Virus record (IMG/VR): IMGVR_UViG_3300033186_000010
Location: 1 to 64,000 of that record
Source of the DNA: a virus
Direction: 5' to 3' (one strand)
DNA length: 64,000 bases
Part shown: one piece after another, positions 7,313 through 16,844 of the stretch
Position numbering within the stretch: the first letter of the stretch is position 1
Layout of the letters: each line of letters opens with the position of its first letter
Made by a program: the position numbers and the translations under genes
Notes under the pieces: model-generated
What the model saw: only the letters and a program-made list of their open reading frames with translations
Database searches by the model: none
What the model was told of the DNA's origin: nothing

Positions 7313-8790
7313 CTGACAGGTTAATAAAAAGGGGTTTAACGAAGACGGAATTTGAGTCCCTGCGTAAAGTTAAGCAAGATCCTTACTACTTCTCGAATTT
7401 CATTTACGTTATTAACCCTGTTCACGGTAGGGTACCTTTTGGGCTCTACCCATACCAAAAGAGAACACTTTGGTATTTCCTTACAAAGAGATTTAATATA
7501 GTTCTTAAGTTCCGGCAGGCTGGGCTTACAGAGCTTATTTCCATGTATTGCCTATGGCTGGCAATGTTTCACAACAATAAGAATATCCAGATTATATCCA
7601 TCAAGGATAGGGTAGCTAAGAAGGTACTTAAGAAAATCAAATTCATGTACCGGAACCTACCCGATTATATGCAAGTTGCGGTAGTAAATGGTAGAGCCGG
7701 AGAATATGGGACTTCTACTGAAATGGAATTTGCAAATGGGTCACTAATTACTTCTATCCCAACTACGGAGGATGCGGGTAGATCGGAAGCTGTATCACTT
7801 TTGGTAATTGACGAGGCGGCAATTGTACGCTGGGCCAATACCATTTGGGCTGCAGCTTTCCCGACGTTATCAACTGGGGGATCAGCGATTATTAACTCTA
7901 CTCCTTACGGGGTAGGTAACTGGTTCCACTCTACTTGGGTAGATGCGATTGCAGGAGGTAACGAGTTTAACCCCATTCGATTACACTGGCAAATGCACCC
8001 TGAAAGGGATCAAAATTGGTATGATACCATGGCATCCGGTTTGGGGCCAAGAAGAACGGCACAGGAAATTGATGGTGACTTCTTATCTTCAGGTCACACA
8101 GTATTTGACTTGGAGGATATCAAGGCTATTGAGGATATGCTTACTGAGTGGGAAGCAATTGAGAAACGTCGTAATGGTACTTTAGTAATCACCGATCGAC
8201 CTAAACCAAATACTTATTATTATATCGGAGCTGACGTTGCAACTGGTAGGTCACGAGATTACTCAGCATTTAGTATTATGGACCGTGAAGGTAACGAATG
8301 CGGGTACTATAAAGGTAAAATCCCAGTTGGGGAATTTGCCGACCTACTTATGGAATGGGGAAGGTATTTCAATAATGCCCTCATCGCTCCGGAAACCAAT
8401 GATATTGGTTTAGCAGTAACCACCAAAATCCAAGAATCTGGATATCCTAATCTCTACTACACAAAACAATTCCTTAAAAAGAAAGGTAAGAGTAAACCAG
8501 AAGAACAACTGGTACCAGGTTGGTTAACAACCGGTGCTACTCGTCCGGTTATTATCGATGCTTTGGAGGATGATGTTAGGAGAGAATTGGTAACCATCAA
8601 GGACCCATTCTTTGTTCAGGAGGCATATACCTTTATTTATAATAACAATAATAAAGCTATTGCCCTTGGGAAAGATGAAGCGAAGGATGATGATGATGAG
8701 TATTACACTGATGATGCAATACTGGCTAAATCAATAACAAACCACATTCGTAAATCACCTTTAAGAACTTCGGTAATGACACCGAGATAA
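7303..8790 (+). CDS. terL: terminase large subunit
   Basis: Walker A-like LKFRQAGLTE, Walker B LLVIDEAA, C-terminal RNase H-like nuclease region IGADVATGRSRDYSAF. 495 aa, immediately upstream of a portal-sized gene. Confidence 0.9.
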   Translation: MAVADRLIKRGLTKTEFESLRKVKQDPYYFSNFIYVINPVHGRVPFGLYPYQKRTLWYFLTKRFNIVLKFRQAGLTELISMYCLWLAMFHNNKNIQIISIKDRVAKKVLKKIKFMYRNLPDYMQVAVVNGRAGEYGTSTEMEFANGSLITSIPTTEDAGRSEAVSLLVIDEAAIVRWANTIWAAAFPTLSTGGSAIINSTPYGVGNWFHSTWVDAIAGGNEFNPIRLHWQMHPERDQNWYDTMASGLGPRRTAQEIDGDFLSSGHTVFDLEDIKAIEDMLTEWEAIEKRRNGTLVITDRPKPNTYYYIGADVATGRSRDYSAFSIMDREGNECGYYKGKIPVGEFADLLMEWGRYFNNALIAPETNDIGLAVTTKIQESGYPNLYYTKQFLKKKGKSKPEEQLVPGWLTTGATRPVIIDALEDDVRRELVTIKDPFFVQEAYTFIYNNNNKAIALGKDEAKDDDDEYYTDDAILAKSITNHIRKSPLRTSVMTPR

Positions 8791-8801
8791 AACTTAAGCA
8801 A

Positions 8802-10325
8802 ATGATTGAAACAATAATGAATGCCTTGGGATACTCAAAATCAGAACCGGGTGTCCCAAAGATGAAGGATCCACCACCTCCTCCTCCTAAGCCAATGAAG
8901 GAAAAGAAAACTACTGCTGTTCCCAAAAGTGGTAGGATATCTCGTCCCGAGATACCTTACTCTACTATGGTAAAGGGGTTGGAGAAGAAGGTAAGGGTAT
9001 TACAACCCAAATACCTGAGAACTTTAATCCCCATTATCAGGAAGGCTTCTAAGTTTGATGCAGACATAGGTCAGGCATTATATGATACCGTAACCCTGGT
9101 TAATACCGGTCATAAGATTTACTTCGATGACTCGGTACCACAGGCTAAGGTTGATAAAATGAGGAAGCACTTACGAGAGAAAGGAAAATCTTGGGGTGAT
9201 GGAGTTGCAGGAATACACGGGATAGTAAATAAGATTATTTCCCAAATCATGATTTCTGGTGCCTTATCTGTAGAATGGGTCCCAGAAGTTGCTGCAAGGG
9301 GAGGTATACCTAAGACTCTTGACAACTTAGTATTAGTCAATCCGGAAACAATTGAGTTTGGTTGGAATAAATCTAGAAAACGATTTGAACCATACCAAAG
9401 AAGAACATACTCTACAGATAATAAAGTTACTAAAGAGCTTTATAAATTGAACCAGAACACGTTCAATTTTTTCTGTTTAATGGGTGACGAGGAAAATCCA
9501 TATCCTATCCCTCCTTATATGACTGCTTTAAGGAATATCGAAACCGGTTTAACCATGGATGTCAACATCGAAAAGATCATGGATCAACTGGGACTTTTGG
9601 GGTTCTTCGAGGCAAAGGTAGAAGTACCAGATAGGAGAGGGGATGAATCCGATGCTCAGGCTGAAATGAGAGCCGAGAAACATTTGGATGATACCAAAGA
9701 TGCTCTGAAATCCGGATTAAAGGATGGAATAGTAGTAGGGATCAAGGATCAACATGATTTCCAATTCCATGCTACTAGTAAAGACTTAAATGGAGTTGGA
9801 GAAATATATAACCAAAATAAGAGAAATATTGCTACAGGAGTTAAAACCCCACCAGAATTTATGAATGTAACTGGGGGAAAGGGGACTGAAACCAGTATTA
9901 CAGTAATTTTCTCTAAAATGGTATCCCAATCCAAGAATATCCAAACTATGGTTGCTGCCTGCCTTGAATTCGGGTATGCACTTGAGTTAAGATTGGCGGG
10001 ATTCAGTTTTGATAACCTAAAGGTTAAATTTAACCCAACAACCATTTCCGATGACCTAAAAATACAACAGGCTCTGGAGGTTAAAATCCGTAACCTTCAA
10101 GCTCTGTGGAACCAAGGTATAATAGGTCAAGAACAATTCGCAGATGATTTGGGGTATGATAAACCTGATAAAAAGGAACCTCGAGTATCTACCCAAAACC
10201 CTGATCTTTCTGGGGATGCCCAAAAGAAAAAGAAAAGGGAAGAGGACAAGGATAAGTCCGATAGAAAAGTGAGAGACAAAAATAAACCTGTACCGAAAGA
10301 CAAAGACGCTGACGGTAAAAAATAA
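8802..10325 (+). CDS. portal protein (by size and position)
   Basis: 507 aa, directly after TerL and before the protease/scaffold gene. Charged Lys-rich C-terminal tail. Confidence 0.65.
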   Translation: MIETIMNALGYSKSEPGVPKMKDPPPPPPKPMKEKKTTAVPKSGRISRPEIPYSTMVKGLEKKVRVLQPKYLRTLIPIIRKASKFDADIGQALYDTVTLVNTGHKIYFDDSVPQAKVDKMRKHLREKGKSWGDGVAGIHGIVNKIISQIMISGALSVEWVPEVAARGGIPKTLDNLVLVNPETIEFGWNKSRKRFEPYQRRTYSTDNKVTKELYKLNQNTFNFFCLMGDEENPYPIPPYMTALRNIETGLTMDVNIEKIMDQLGLLGFFEAKVEVPDRRGDESDAQAEMRAEKHLDDTKDALKSGLKDGIVVGIKDQHDFQFHATSKDLNGVGEIYNQNKRNIATGVKTPPEFMNVTGGKGTETSITVIFSKMVSQSKNIQTMVAACLEFGYALELRLAGFSFDNLKVKFNPTTISDDLKIQQALEVKIRNLQALWNQGIIGQEQFADDLGYDKPDKKEPRVSTQNPDLSGDAQKKKKREEDKDKSDRKVRDKNKPVPKDKDADGKK

Positions 10326-10333
10326 TAGATTCT

Positions 10334-11899
10334 ATGGCAAAAATTAAAGGAGGAACCGATTACATCAATCTGGGTTCAGGTCATAGTAGGATAATGGGTC
10401 ACAAACCAAATAAGGTCCAACTTCAACAAATCCATAATGCAATCGCTAAAGAAGAGGGTGCACAAAGGATAGGAGAAATGGGACTGGGATTTTGGGATTC
10501 ATCTTCTCCAAACTATACCACCTATTACCCAGAGGCTACACCGGAAGACTTCACTCCAGCTGAAGAGGATTTTATTGAGCCAGTCTTTAGAGCATTATCC
10601 GCTGTAACAGTACACAAAAACTGGAATCCTGTATATTTTCCAGAGGAAGTACTTAAAGAATCCATGCCTTTGTTAGTGGGTCAAACCATTAACATCGACC
10701 ATGAAACAGCATTAGGTAATGCGATAGGGTCTGTAAAATCTGTAGAATGGCAAGATAAGTATAAGACTAAGGGAAAAGAAATTCCTGGAGGGATTAACTT
10801 CGTAGCCATGATAGATGCGAAATCTAATCCTCGTATTGCAAGGGGAATCCAAATGGATCCACCTTCAATCCACTCCAATTCTGTAACAGTACAATTCACT
10901 TGGGAACCTTCCCATCCACAAATGGAATCCGATGATTTCTGGAGAAAACTCGGAACCTATGATGAGGATGGTAAATTAATACAAAGGGTGGCCAAGAAAG
11001 TTGTAGGTTACAAGGAAACCTCTTTAGTAAATCATGGTGCTGATCCATTTGCTAAACAAATCAAGGATGGTAAGATTGTACATCCAACGATGGCCCAACG
11101 TCAGTATTATGGTATTACTTCAAACTCTGCATTATCTGACTATAGTGAGGAAAAGAAAAAGAGAGCCTTCTCTGATGCTTTCATCGAATTTAAGAGCTTC
11201 TCAGAAACTTCCTTAACAGCAGATCATACAATACCGGAAGAACTAACTAATAATAAATCAACACAAGAAAATTCTCAAAACATGAAAGAGTACTTAGCAC
11301 AATTAACAGTGATGCTAATTGCAGCAGGTGTAACTGAGGCAAATGTAACTGAAGAAAATTTTGCAGAGAAGTTCAAGGAACTTAATACTGCAATTACCGG
11401 CTTAAAAGCTAAAGCCGATGCGGGAACTAAGGATCCTGAAAAAGTTGAGTTTAGCTTTGGTGGAGAAAACTTCTCTGAGAAGGAAACCATCCAAAATAAA
11501 ATTAATGCCTTAGAACTTAAGGCTGGGGTAGCTGATAAAGCTTTAACTACTTTACGTGAGAATACTTTGGCTTCTTACAAAATCGTAGTTGGTGATAAGG
11601 AAGATGCCAACATGGTAAAACTTATCGAAACTGCTGATTACGATATTGCACTGGCTTTGGGTGAGCAATATGGAGCACAGGCCGAAGAAAAATTCGAGCT
11701 TACTTGTACTAAGTGTGGTTCACACGATGTAACTCGTGCATCTGCATCACCAAAAGGTGGTAAAGAAAATGACGAGGAAGACGATGACCTTGAAAACACT
11801 GAAATCGTTGAGGACGATAAAGCTGCTGAAACTATCCGTAACAAAGCCCGTAATAAAAATCGACCTTCCTTTGCCAGAGACCAAAAGGAAGAAGAGTAG
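10334..11899 (+). CDS. prohead protease-like domain fused to a coiled-coil, acidic scaffold-like C-terminus
   Basis: INIDHETALGNAIGSVKSVEW resembles the S78/HK97-type prohead protease His motif. The C-terminal half is Ala/Glu/Lys-rich and coiled-coil-like. Lies between the portal and capsid genes. Confidence 0.5.
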   Translation: MAKIKGGTDYINLGSGHSRIMGHKPNKVQLQQIHNAIAKEEGAQRIGEMGLGFWDSSSPNYTTYYPEATPEDFTPAEEDFIEPVFRALSAVTVHKNWNPVYFPEEVLKESMPLLVGQTINIDHETALGNAIGSVKSVEWQDKYKTKGKEIPGGINFVAMIDAKSNPRIARGIQMDPPSIHSNSVTVQFTWEPSHPQMESDDFWRKLGTYDEDGKLIQRVAKKVVGYKETSLVNHGADPFAKQIKDGKIVHPTMAQRQYYGITSNSALSDYSEEKKKRAFSDAFIEFKSFSETSLTADHTIPEELTNNKSTQENSQNMKEYLAQLTVMLIAAGVTEANVTEENFAEKFKELNTAITGLKAKADAGTKDPEKVEFSFGGENFSEKETIQNKINALELKAGVADKALTTLRENTLASYKIVVGDKEDANMVKLIETADYDIALALGEQYGAQAEEKFELTCTKCGSHDVTRASASPKGGKENDEEDDDLENTEIVEDDKAAETIRNKARNKNRPSFARDQKEEE

Positions 11900-11925
11900 C
11901 GGGGTTTACTACTTAGGATGGAATT

Positions 11926-11944
11926 AATTTTGTAAATCTTTAAT
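11926..11944 (+). promoter_or_regulatory. conserved upstream element AATTTYGTAAATCTTT(T)AAT, copy 1
   Basis: AATTTTGTAAATCTTTAAT ends 10 nt before the ATG at 11955. A near-identical copy sits at 12424-12443 with the same spacing to its ATG. Confidence 0.5.
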
Positions 11945-11954
11945 ACATAATATT

Positions 11955-12407
11955 ATGTCAGGATTAGGTCCTAAACAAAGTTTAACAGCTTTTGGTTCAG
12001 AAACCAAAAGACTATGGGTAAAAGATGAGTCCCATAAATTACACCAGGGTTTTTACGTAGAGAATGCGGTAAAAGCCGGTCAACCGGTAATGCTACATAC
12101 CAATGGTAAAATTAAACCTTGGGATGGAGTTAGTGAGCACACTTGCATTGGAGTAAGTTTGCATTCAATCGATCCAGCTACTCCAGAGGAAGCTATCAAA
12201 CGATGCACAGTTAAAACCCGTGGATTCGTTATCATCGAAGCTCTTTCTGATGGTGTTATCACAACCGGACCGGTTAAATATACAGGCATGGATGCCTCTG
12301 GTTTGGCTAAATACTCAGTTTCTGGGGTAACTATTTCCAACACTGTTGGTTGGGCACTAGAAGCTGTTGGAGATAAATCCAGGGTTAAGATCATGGTTAA
12401 GAACTAA
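11955..12407 (+). CDS. head decoration-like protein (DUF2190-like)
   Basis: 150 aa, Gly/Val-rich beta-type sequence, immediately upstream of the major capsid gene. Confidence 0.4.
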   Translation: MSGLGPKQSLTAFGSETKRLWVKDESHKLHQGFYVENAVKAGQPVMLHTNGKIKPWDGVSEHTCIGVSLHSIDPATPEEAIKRCTVKTRGFVIIEALSDGVITTGPVKYTGMDASGLAKYSVSGVTISNTVGWALEAVGDKSRVKIMVKN

Positions 12408-12423
12408 CCTGGGTGAGTTAATC

Positions 12424-12443
12424 AATTTCGTAAATCTTTTAAT
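12424..12443 (+). promoter_or_regulatory. conserved upstream element AATTTYGTAAATCTTT(T)AAT, copy 2
   Basis: AATTTCGTAAATCTTTTAAT ends 10 nt before the ATG at 12454. Confidence 0.5.
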
Positions 12444-12453
12444 TAGTTATAAA

Positions 12454-13566
12454 ATGACTGAGAAGAAAAAATTAGACCCTATCTCTGGGGAACAGTTAAA
12501 GGATCTTCACCAATTCGCTGAGAATCTACGTAACGATAAAACTCGTCCGGTAGACTGCTCTTTATCTGAAGCGGTAGAAGCCAAGTTCCAAATGTCAATG
12601 GAAGCATTCTATGACCACATCGGCGTAGACTTCCAAGCTGATACTTTGGAGAACCTGCTTACAGTAAGTAAGGTTGATGTACGTTATATCGTACCTGAAA
12701 TTATTCGTGAGGCAATCACAGAAGGATTCCGTATGGCTCCTATCTGGCCAAATATCACGGCAGTAGAGGAACAAATGAGAGGTATGTCTCAGATTATCCC
12801 TCAGATCAATATGTCTGATGCGGTACCTGAAATCATCGGGGAAGCGGAAACTATTCCATTAGGGGATATTTCTTACGGACATAAAACCTTCTCCATTAAG
12901 AAAATGGGTAAAGGTTTGAAATTGACTGATGAGATCAGAAGATACTCTTCAATCAATGTCCTTGCCATCTTCTTGAGAGACTTCGGTATCAAGATGGGAC
13001 ATGGATTGGATACCATGGCTATCGATGTATTGCTTAACGGTGATCAGGCTGATGGTTCCGAATCTGCCCCAGTAATTGGGCTTACCACTGCAAATAACCT
13101 TGTATACAAGGATTATTTGAGAATATGGGCTAGACTATCCAGAATGGGTAGAAGAGCTAACGTTGGTATCGGTGGAGAAGATATCATGATGGAAGCTTTG
13201 GATTTACCAGAATTCAAAACTCCTGTACAGGGTTCTCCATTACACCGTTTGAACCTAAGAACTGCTATCCCAAGGGATTTGGATTTCTTCGTTCACGATG
13301 CGGTTCCTGCTAACCAGCAAATTCTTTTGGATCCTACAATGGCATTGGCTAAGTATACTGCTAAGCCTTTAACATTGGAAACTGAGAGAATCGTTTCTGC
13401 TCAATTCGATGCTACTTATGTATCAACTGAGTTGGGTTTTGCTAAACTATTCCGTGATGCATGTTTCATTTTGGATTCAACCAAATCATTTGTTGCCGGT
13501 GGTGCAAATGGATTCCCAGCATTCTTAAATGTGGGTGAATTTGAAGCCAACACTGTGATTAAGTAA
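12454..13566 (+). CDS. major capsid protein
   Basis: 370 aa after trimming the ORF-track start (12367) to the ATG at 12454 (MTEKKK). Position follows protease/scaffold and decoration genes. A strong terminator follows. Confidence 0.7.
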   Translation: MTEKKKLDPISGEQLKDLHQFAENLRNDKTRPVDCSLSEAVEAKFQMSMEAFYDHIGVDFQADTLENLLTVSKVDVRYIVPEIIREAITEGFRMAPIWPNITAVEEQMRGMSQIIPQINMSDAVPEIIGEAETIPLGDISYGHKTFSIKKMGKGLKLTDEIRRYSSINVLAIFLRDFGIKMGHGLDTMAIDVLLNGDQADGSESAPVIGLTTANNLVYKDYLRIWARLSRMGRRANVGIGGEDIMMEALDLPEFKTPVQGSPLHRLNLRTAIPRDLDFFVHDAVPANQQILLDPTMALAKYTAKPLTLETERIVSAQFDATYVSTELGFAKLFRDACFILDSTKSFVAGGANGFPAFLNVGEFEANTVIK

Positions 13567-13572
13567 TTTATA

Positions 13573-13602
13573 AGGAGCATCTAACCAGGTGCTCCTATTT
13601 TT
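13573..13602 (+). terminator. rho-independent terminator after the capsid gene
   Basis: AGGAGCA (13573-13579) pairs with TGCTCCT (13590-13596), then ATTTTT. Confidence 0.7.
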
Positions 13603-13628
13603 CATTGAATAACTAAACAATTCCTACT

Positions 13629-14111
13629 ATGGAAAAAGTATATGTAAAGTTGGGTCCAAAAGCTGCTTCATTCTATGACCCAAAAACCAGATTGCAGCTA
13701 TGCCACGGGGAAGTAAAGGCAGTTGAGCCTTGGGTTATTGATTCTCCAAAAGTAAATAAGCACCTATTAGCTGGTGGCCTTAAACAGGTTCAGGAAAAGG
13801 ACTTCTTAGAATACCAAGAAGCTGTTAAGGAATCTCAACCTGCAGCTCAAAAGATAACCTCAGATAACACTGAGTATATCCAGGACTTGGAAGAAAAAGC
13901 TACTAAGGCTGAGCAGGATAAAGTAGCTGCTGAAACTAAGGCAGATGAGGAAAGAGAAAAAGCCTTAACTGCTGAGAAGAAAGCTTTGTATTTCCAAATC
14001 CAAGCTGAATACGAATTGGACGAAGCTCAGGAGGCTGAACTTGAGAAAATCAAGAATAACAAATCCAAGCTGGAGGATATGTTAAAAGAGCTTGAAGAGA
14101 ACGCTGAGTAA
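13629..14111 (+). CDS. hypothetical structural-module protein with coiled-coil acidic C-terminus
   Basis: 160-aa ORF with a Glu/Lys/Ala-rich C-terminal half. Confidence 0.5.
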   Translation: MEKVYVKLGPKAASFYDPKTRLQLCHGEVKAVEPWVIDSPKVNKHLLAGGLKQVQEKDFLEYQEAVKESQPAAQKITSDNTEYIQDLEEKATKAEQDKVAAETKADEEREKALTAEKKALYFQIQAEYELDEAQEAELEKIKNNKSKLEDMLKELEENAE

Positions 14112-14848
14112 TGTCTTTACAGGCTCACTTTACTTACAAGGGTGATGGCCTAAAGGTTAGCTTCAAATCTAATACCTCAACTGGGGTTACTCCATCTGAC
14201 ACATTCAAGTGGGAATTTGGAGACAATTCAACCTCAACTGATCAGAACCCAGACCATACTTATAATGGCTCTGGGTTTTTTTTGGTCAAGCTAACAATAA
14301 CAGCCGGATCCGAAACTGAATCTTTCCAAAGAACTATCGGGGTTGCTAATACAGGTCAACCTCTTTCTAAACCTCTTTATCAGGTCGTGGATGATTACCT
14401 TCCAGCAGGTTTCACAATGGATCCCGAGGATAAAGAAATAAAGATTCAGAAATGGCAATTATTTCTCTCTGCACTAGTAAACCATGAAATTCCATTGGAA
14501 GATATCTATGATGAATTCGCATATACTCCACTAGAAAATACACTGGTAGCACAATTAATTGCATACGAGCAAATAATTGAAGCAGCATCTAAATACTTAA
14601 TTACAACTGGGCAAGCCGGAGGTAAAGAAATTAAGAAAATGGTCCAAGGCCCGATGGAAACTGAGTGGTTCCAAGGATCAGACTCACTCTCTAAGGTATT
14701 CAAAAAGGGAGGTTCATTCGAGTCTTTAGCTCAAGCTATATGCGGGTTAGCTAAAAGGTTAAGGATATATATCCCTGGTATATGCCCAGATCCTGGTGCT
14801 CCTGTAATACCTTTCATCGTTTCAAAAATCGATACTCATGGTTCCTAA
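14111..14848 (+). CDS. PKD-domain-containing virion-associated protein
   Basis: N-terminal FKWEFGDNSTSTDQNPDHTYNGSGFFLVKLTI is a classic PKD-domain signature. The start overlaps the upstream stop (TAATG). Confidence 0.65.
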   Translation: MSLQAHFTYKGDGLKVSFKSNTSTGVTPSDTFKWEFGDNSTSTDQNPDHTYNGSGFFLVKLTITAGSETESFQRTIGVANTGQPLSKPLYQVVDDYLPAGFTMDPEDKEIKIQKWQLFLSALVNHEIPLEDIYDEFAYTPLENTLVAQLIAYEQIIEAASKYLITTGQAGGKEIKKMVQGPMETEWFQGSDSLSKVFKKGGSFESLAQAICGLAKRLRIYIPGICPDPGAPVIPFIVSKIDTHGS

Positions 14849-15290
14849 ATCACAACTAGATGAATTCAGAGCTTTACACAAAGAATACTTTGATGATCAG
14901 GCTTTGCAACCCATAATCCATAAGAAGAAAACTCGTAGGATATCTCGAAGAGGATCAGATGATTCCACTAAATTTACTAACGTAAGTATGGTGGGGATTA
15001 TATCCTACAACTTTTTTAGGACATGGCCTAGTACTAAGAATGATGTACAAGGGGATTGGGATAATCAAAACATGGTACTTATGTTCCACAAAGATTACCT
15101 AATCGAAAATAACTTTGTAAATGAAAAAGGTAACCTTGATTACAGTCCGGGTGAGGATAAGTTTATAATAAATGGGGTAATCTACAAGGATGCCGGATTC
15201 ACAGATGTATCTCAAGTAGCAAATAGTCCAATATTCGAACATATCATCCTTTGCCCAGATAGAGTAGAAACAGGAACTAAACCTCACTAA
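14838..15290 (+). CDS. hypothetical head-tail joining module protein
   Basis: 150-aa ORF in the connector region. No motif recognised. Confidence 0.45.
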   Translation: MVPKSQLDEFRALHKEYFDDQALQPIIHKKKTRRISRRGSDDSTKFTNVSMVGIISYNFFRTWPSTKNDVQGDWDNQNMVLMFHKDYLIENNFVNEKGNLDYSPGEDKFIINGVIYKDAGFTDVSQVANSPIFEHIILCPDRVETGTKPH

Positions 15291-15291
15291 C

Positions 15292-15870
15292 ATGGCAGTA
15301 CATAAGCGGTTAAGAGCTAAAACTATGTCCGGTAACATCTCCATTAAACTGGAGGGTGACTGGGATAAACTAATGAATATGCTCGACCAAATGCCTACAG
15401 AAATGGCCCGCCAAGTGGATAGGGGTATGCATAATGCAGCTAAAGAATACCGAAAAATAGTTAGAAGGAACATAAGAACTCATGGGGTAAAGTTAGGCTA
15501 TACCCCATCTTCTTCTGCTATCTCAGGAAACTATGCTGCATACAAACGTAGGAATGCTGCCTATCAGGGATTACTTATGTTCTCGGGAAGGATACACAGA
15601 TCAGTATCTGTAATGAAAACCCAAAGGGGTAATTATACTGTGGGTATCCCAAGGACTAATAACACTAAAGGTAAAACCGGGCTAACCGCTTTTGAGGCTG
15701 CTTACCTCTTAGAAAATGGTACCAAGTATGCTCAGAAATATCCTGTATTCAGGGATAGCTTTAGTAGAAAAGACCAATTTGGGGGAAAAAAGAGAATCCT
15801 CCGTTTTATACAAAGGAATATCAGTATACATTACCGAAAGAGATACGGCATTAAACTAAGGATAAGATGA
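15292..15870 (+). CDS. HK97 gp10-like head-tail/tail-completion protein
   Basis: 192 aa. The pattern AAKEYRKIVRRNI ... GIPRT ... AAYLLENGT resembles the gp10 family. The position fits. Confidence 0.45.
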   Translation: MAVHKRLRAKTMSGNISIKLEGDWDKLMNMLDQMPTEMARQVDRGMHNAAKEYRKIVRRNIRTHGVKLGYTPSSSAISGNYAAYKRRNAAYQGLLMFSGRIHRSVSVMKTQRGNYTVGIPRTNNTKGKTGLTAFEAAYLLENGTKYAQKYPVFRDSFSRKDQFGGKKRILRFIQRNISIHYRKRYGIKLRIR

Positions 15871-16547
15871 ACATTAATATACCACAAATTGAGGATCAAG
15901 TGGACTTTGCTTTCTTCAAGGCTATCATGGATTTATGTGTAGCTTTAGGATACACTGCAAATGAAATGGATGATACTCTATATCCTGATACTGATGACGG
16001 ATATAATAAACTAAAGCAAGACATAGAGAATATCAAATCCACAAAAGGGTTTGCTATTGGTGTTTTTGGGGTAGGAAATACAGATGATAAGGGGTACGAA
16101 ACATACCCCAGAATTGTACTTGCCAGTAGAGCCTTTCTTGCTGGTGATGTTGGTAATAATCCTGATCCTGTATATACTAAGGACCCCAAAACAAATACTT
16201 TTAATGTAGATACCTTACCACCAAGGACATCGGATTACTATTTAAATGTCCACGTAATCTCAGGGAGTGCTAGCCAAAAGAATTTACTAAACGGAATAAT
16301 TGCTAATGCACTACCTAAAAGAGGCTACATCGATTTGCCGGATGTACCAGGTCGTAAGATATTCATACATGAAATAAATACTACTACTCCAGAAGACCCT
16401 GAACGTGGAATTATGGAGAGAATCTACTCATACGAGATTAAAGACCTTTGGGAATCAACTCCTGTTAGAAAACCAGAAGCTGTTCCCCCAATTAATCAGG
16501 TTGATATTCTTGGTAATAATTTTGAAACTATCACAATTAAAAAATAG
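15867..16547 (+). CDS. hypothetical structural protein
   Basis: 226-aa ORF overlapping the upstream stop. Lies between connector genes and the sheath. Confidence 0.45.
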   Translation: MNINIPQIEDQVDFAFFKAIMDLCVALGYTANEMDDTLYPDTDDGYNKLKQDIENIKSTKGFAIGVFGVGNTDDKGYETYPRIVLASRAFLAGDVGNNPDPVYTKDPKTNTFNVDTLPPRTSDYYLNVHVISGSASQKNLLNGIIANALPKRGYIDLPDVPGRKIFIHEINTTTPEDPERGIMERIYSYEIKDLWESTPVRKPEAVPPINQVDILGNNFETITIKK

Positions 16548-16550
16548 ACA

Positions 16551-16805
16551 ATGGAAACTAGGGAAAACAAACCAGCCGGCTATCTTCATGAAAAGGATGG
16601 CACAAAGAGTTCAACCAGATTAAAGAGTTTTTTAACCTTAATCTTTTCGTTCATCTTCTTGATGACCATCATCATCAAAGGTGATCAGATTAACCTTTAT
16701 GTAATTGGGATGATGCTAATACTATTGGTAGCAGCCTTCGTACCACAACATCTTAAGAATATTGCCGATCTTAAGACATTCTCAGGATTACGAAATAAAA
16801 CCTGA
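16551..16805 (+). CDS. small membrane protein
   Basis: 84-aa ORF with two hydrophobic helices (FLTLIFSFIFLMTIII, VIGMMLILLVAAF). Confidence 0.45.
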   Translation: METRENKPAGYLHEKDGTKSSTRLKSFLTLIFSFIFLMTIIIKGDQINLYVIGMMLILLVAAFVPQHLKNIADLKTFSGLRNKT

Positions 16806-16844
16806 GTACAATACTAAATCCATTAAAATAAAACATTTTATACT

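Noticed and set aside
12367-12453. N-terminal extensions proposed by the ORF track (12367, 43040, 46258, 55502, 61346, 63003, 18916, 3567)
   Set aside because: These extensions overlap the upstream gene, or run through promoter or terminator motifs, or use non-ATG starts. In each case an internal ATG placed just after the upstream stop, or after the promoter, gives a cleaner model.
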